NCBI GenBank assembly: GCA_002269645.1
Contig: NIVC01001051.1
Coordinates: 248,001 to 312,000 of the forward strand
Direction: 5' to 3'
Source of the DNA: Macrostomum lignano
Taxonomy: Eukaryota
Length of the DNA stretch: 64,000 nucleotides
The position numbers were made by a program, and so were the translations under genes. Position 1 is the stretch's first letter, and the number at the start of each line of letters is the position of its first letter. A model generated the notes under the pieces. It was not told where the DNA came from. It did no database searches and was given only the letters and a program-made list of their open reading frames with translations. Of this stretch, positions 59,133 to 64,000 are shown piece after piece.

Positions 59133-62100
59133 GACTTGTCTGACACTAACATTAAGCATGAGTAGGTCTTACATGAGATTATTCCTTGCCCTAGTCTCCT
59201 AATAATTGAATGTGGCATGATATATCATAGCCCTATGTAGGGAAATTATTGATTTGACAATTTTTACCTTAAAATATAGGAATATAGGAATATAGGAAAA
59301 CTAGATCTAAGTTAACTAGCTAGGCCTATTTTAAAACAATACCAGAATAGAATTAATCATAGTAGGCCTAGGCTAGGCATAGTAAAGCTAGCTAGCTGTT
59401 GTTAGGCCTACTAGGCTAGCTTTAGTTTAGTATGATAATGATAACTTCCATTATAGCTAAAGGCTAAGGTTATAACTTATAAGTTATAAAATAATATACT
59501 TGTTAAACTACTTTTTTGTTGATAGTTAATTAGTTAGAAGCCCATCCGATCCTTTTCTTAAGCTTTGTCGAATTAGTAGTTCTAGCACTAGCAGTATATG
59601 TCAACTGTCTGCATAAAACCTTGGCTTAGGAAATTCTAAAACGAGTTGCATATAGTGATATAATTACTTAAAATATCTAGATTTAACAGATTAAAGCCTA
59701 AATAAAGTATAAATACACCTATTTATGGAGCTTCTGAGGCTCAATGTAGTGCATGCTTCTTTAAAACAGTCGAGTAAAACACTTTTTTGAAGGCAAGTAC
59801 TGATAAATACATGTAAACAAGCGGGCCTTCAAATAATTTTACAATATTTACGAGTGTTGCGTCTTGATACAATAGTAACTTTTAGTGGACCTTGCATCGG
59901 AGATTCTGACACCGTAACTTAATGTGTAGATTTGCTAAGCTGGTTACTTTCAGTAGGGTAGTTGTTGCCACTACCGTAATTTATGTATTATGGAACAATT
60001 CAGTCTCGGAGCTTTCTATGAGCTGAGAACTTTGGTTTTTTTATGCCCCATGGGCAAATGACTCAAGAAATACTATGGCTTTGGTTCAACAAATAAATAT
60101 TAGGAAATTCAAGTTTATTAAGTTGCATTATTATTTAGCAGGCTGGATAAATTGAAAAATTACTTAATCGACTCTACACTATGAGGATGAGATAGGAAAG
60201 AGGAAGGGTAAGCCAGCGCATGCAGAAAATCATGTTGCATCGCGTTTAAATATACCAAAGGAATAATAGTTCACAAATTGGAGCATCAACTAGGCATAAA
60301 CATGGAAGCAAATTCACACAAAGGGGCATATCACGGGGTGGCATTAAACACATAGAGAAACAAAAACTACGGCTCTCGTCCAGTGTCGGGTAAGCAAATG
60401 CATAATGAGGGAAACCTGCAAATTCAATGTCAGGAGTGACATCACTCCAAATAATAGAAAAAACAAAATTTCAACCCTAGCATGCAAAAATTCAAAATTG
60501 AAAAGTTCGCAAATTAATTACTTAGTGGCAATGCCTGCCGTATAACAATAAATGACCTTTTTATGTTGTGACAATAAATGACCTTTTTTCATTGTGTAAT
60601 AGACCCTTTTTGACAGATAATTTGGTTGATTTTTTCTACTTTTTTAGTGACAATATTCACTATTCACAGTGGAAAATTGATACATGCAAAGATTTGTTTA
60701 AATGCCTTTTTACAAGCTTAAAAACCTGGAAAGTAGAAAATTTATGCTTAAGAATGAACCTTTACTATCTTTTCTTCTACTTTACAATAACTCTTTTATG
60801 TGATTCTATAAAGTGCATGCCAGGTGTATTTTCTTAGGAATGATGCACACCAACTGTGCATGCCTATTTTTGGTGTGCAAGGCTGATGCATGGCCAAATT
60901 TTTGGGCATATATTACAATACTACAAGATCCAAAGTATGGTATACATAGACCTTTTCTTCTTGATTTAAACAAGTCCAAATCAATAAAATTGGTTTAGAA
61001 TAAAAAATGTAATATATTTAATACACTTTTTTGTTAGCATTCTTTTGTTTTATATAGCATTATCCTTACAAGAATTAGGACTTTCAATATATATTCCCCC
61101 TTAAAAGATGGCAAAAAAAAGTTAAATTTTTTCTTAAAATTAGTTTAAAATTGGACCTCTTCTAAGTGCAATATTGTAGCATCAAGTCTTGTATTTTTAG
61201 GAATATAGCTTATATTCACTTATTGTGTTACAATTATTAATATTTTACTAAATTTTCAAAGTCACTTCAAATAAGTACTGCAAGGCATTGAAATGTAGCA
61301 TTAAAAGTTATAGAAGCATAGGCCTAGCCTATATTCCTTTTTGTCATACAATCATCTAAATAATAAAATTATACATAGGTGATTACAAGATGAAATTAAA
61401 AGAGCTTTGTTGGTTTTGAATTAAAAACATACTAAAAGTAGAGTTTTATTAGAGGGATTATATCACAAAATTGAATAGATTAGTATGGTCCCAAATTTGC
61501 AGTTTAATTATGTTCATTCTATGGAAACAGAATCCTAGTCTATGTCAAACAATATATCTTCATCAACAATCTATAGGGTTGAGAGCAAAATTATTCATTA
61601 TGATAAGCTTATGCACCCCCTCACTTTTGTCTTACAATCTACTCTTAATATAAAAGATATATCTATTTCACTTGGGGGATCATTAAATGAAAGTGAGGGG
61701 GAATAGAAGTAGATGCAATAATTAAAGTAAATCTCCCTTTCTTGCTTCTGCAGAATGTCTAAAATTTCAAAATAAAATTTTACAATAATCCTTTCAATAC
61801 AACCTTTACTATTAATATAATTGTAATTTGAAACCAATAAAGCTCTTTTGGTTTTATCTTACAATCACCTACAAATAATTTTACCATTTAAAATAAATAT
61901 AAAACATTTTTTAATATACTAAAGTGCCTTTTTGAATCTTTTTAATGGGGATTGTAAAATGAAACTTGACTTGCTTAGAGATTGTAAAATGAAAGAATGC
62001 CTTTTTGTCTTACTCTTAGCCCATAGTTTAGATAGTATATTAGTATATACTGGATTTAATGCCAGAAAAATGAGACCTCATTTGCACACTAAAACTACAA

Positions 62101-64000
62101 AAATGTGTCATTGACACAATGTTTCCACTGTGTCATGTCTACTAGGATATATGCTAATGTATGCTAAAAAAATAGCAAGTATCCTTGTTGTATGCCAAGA
62201 AATCCCAGTATACATGTTGCTATCCAAACTATAGCTAATGGCTCTTGGCTTATAATTCAATTCATTTTTTCAACTTTATATCTAGGCCTAGCCAGTGGGA
62301 TGGGCATAGTACATGCAGTTTAGGCTACTGGTTTGTATTATTACTAAGGATTCTATTAGTGGAGTTTACTGGTTTGAGATTTTGGTAGTTCGCTGCCACC
62401 AGGTTCCTGCTGTTCCCTAATTCTAGCTTTAGGTTTAAAGAACTGAGTCAGGACACTGATAAAGTTAGTTAACACAAGTTTAATAAGAGAAGAAAATTAA
62501 TTGTTACAGTACAAAAGTTGGTTTGCTACTATATTAACTCCTTATTTTCCCTGTGCTCTGGGCAAGACTCCTAATTAGTTTTAGAGGCAAGATTCCTGTG
62601 TGCAAGCCTAAATTATATTCCTTTTTTTACCTCCCCTTCTTATCACTTCTTTCCGTGAAATTTCTAAGTTAAATTCCAGAGGATAGGAGATGCTTTTCCA
62701 AGAGCCCAACTGCTCTGTACTTCTAAAAGAACCCCAAAACTAGCAAATTTCCCCCACTCTAATTATTTCCCCTAGCTAAAACTACTGACAGTAGGCAAAA
62801 AGCATATTAAACCCACAATAATTCCTGTTCCTAAAATTATGCCCTACTACACCAGGCTATGCTAGCCTATGATATTTTTTTAATAAAATTTGTGTGGAAA
62901 GCATTTTTATATAAAATATTATACCTATGTCTAACTTTTTCTACAAATTAAAACTATATGCAACTTGGAATTGCTTTGGTCTTGCTTTTTGTTTTCTTAT
63001 TTATAATGACTAATATTTTTTGTTTTTTTTAGCAATCAAATAATGGCCTCTATATGTATATAGACCTAAATATATATTTTATGTTATAATTAAATATTTT
63101 ACTGTCTTTAAATATAATTATTTAAGCAGGTTATTGCTTTGCTTCTTCTAGACTAAGCTATACTATATCACCTTGTTTTTAGCGTAGCCATGTCAAAAAG
63201 TCAAAGACTATCTAAAGTTTTTATGGATTTTATGAAAAAAAAGTTATTAAGTAAAATAAAAAGACTTATATAAGTTTAAAATTTAAAGAGAATTTCCATT
63301 CCCTTAGCTAAAAACTATATGGAATATATGGTCATAGTAGATAAATTCAAATTATTGCATTTTAACCTATACCAAGAAAATTAAATTGAGTTTTTTGTCC
63401 TATAATTCAAAAGTGCATTTTCAATAAGGCCAAGTATAACTATGGAACTTGAAGGCTTCATGCTAGAAATAGCAACTAAAATGGCATTTTTTTCAAAACC
63501 TACAAAAAAATTTGACTTAAAAATCGAGTTGAACGTATTGTCTTTAACAATATTTCATATGTTCAAATATATCAATTTCTTAGAATGCATTTTATTGCAC
63601 AAGTAATCTACTTATAATCAAGACAAGATCTAAAGTGCACAGGTACCCAATAAACAGCCTTGGCAATAGCTGTTATAAAAATCTCTATTTTTAAGTTAAC
63701 TTTATAAAGGCTTTAATAAAACTTGTACAATTTTTTTTTCTATTGGTAAATCCCCAGTGTTCATATCTTAATGCCTTTTTTTCTGGCTTGATTTTTTCAA
63801 GCCAAATTTCTATGGCCAGAAACCAGAGGAAAAAACTCTATCATCGGGTCTCCCAGTCTCAGAGTGGCTTTAATGCTTGCAAAGTTCGAACCAACTTGGA
63901 AAACTATTGCACAAATAACTGGAACATATTGAAAATGTGCTCAACAATGGGCAAAATTGGTAGCTAGTGAGTCTTCACCGATTGCAAAAAGATGAGCTTC

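Noticed and set aside
62391-62401. tRNA-Leu-like primer-binding site (TGGTGGCAGCG, minus strand) with an LTR-like neighbourhood
   Set aside because: Only 11 nt, no TG..CA boundary, TSD or gag/pol remnants identified
59133-64000. Short ORFs in the AT-rich right flank
   Set aside because: 60-90 aa, no motifs or splice support; consistent with chance

Overview
Animal-type, intron-bearing, repeat-saturated genomic DNA. No clear host protein gene is visible and the host species cannot be determined from the sequence. Block 1 (1-13 kb): a ~1.2-kb inverted-repeat pair (359-1659 / 8356-9509) encloses a full-length RTE-type LINE and two R1/LOA-type LINE 3' fragments; minisatellites and a mariner remnant follow. 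Block 2 (13.4-31 kb): a head-to-tail run of non-autonomous Helitron-like elements, each carrying a different expanded satellite, with a nested MULE derivative (spliced PHD-FLYWCH ORF) and a MITE. Block 3 (32.7-59.1 kb): an essentially complete but decayed endogenous Polinton/Maverick (adintovirus-like) genome. It encodes pPolB, integrase, major and minor capsid proteins, packaging ATPase, adenain protease, a fibre-like protein, core proteins and an HNH nuclease, and is interrupted by at least two later insertions. Its most unusual features are an intact PLA2-integrase fusion with a candidate adenain site in the linker, a self-complementary 284-bp terminal unit, a fibre with discoidin and L-lectin-like modules, and a near-universal TAAAA(A)ATG start motif. 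Block 4 (59.1-64 kb): AT-rich and unannotated. All family assignments come from motifs recognised by eye; no database searches were run.
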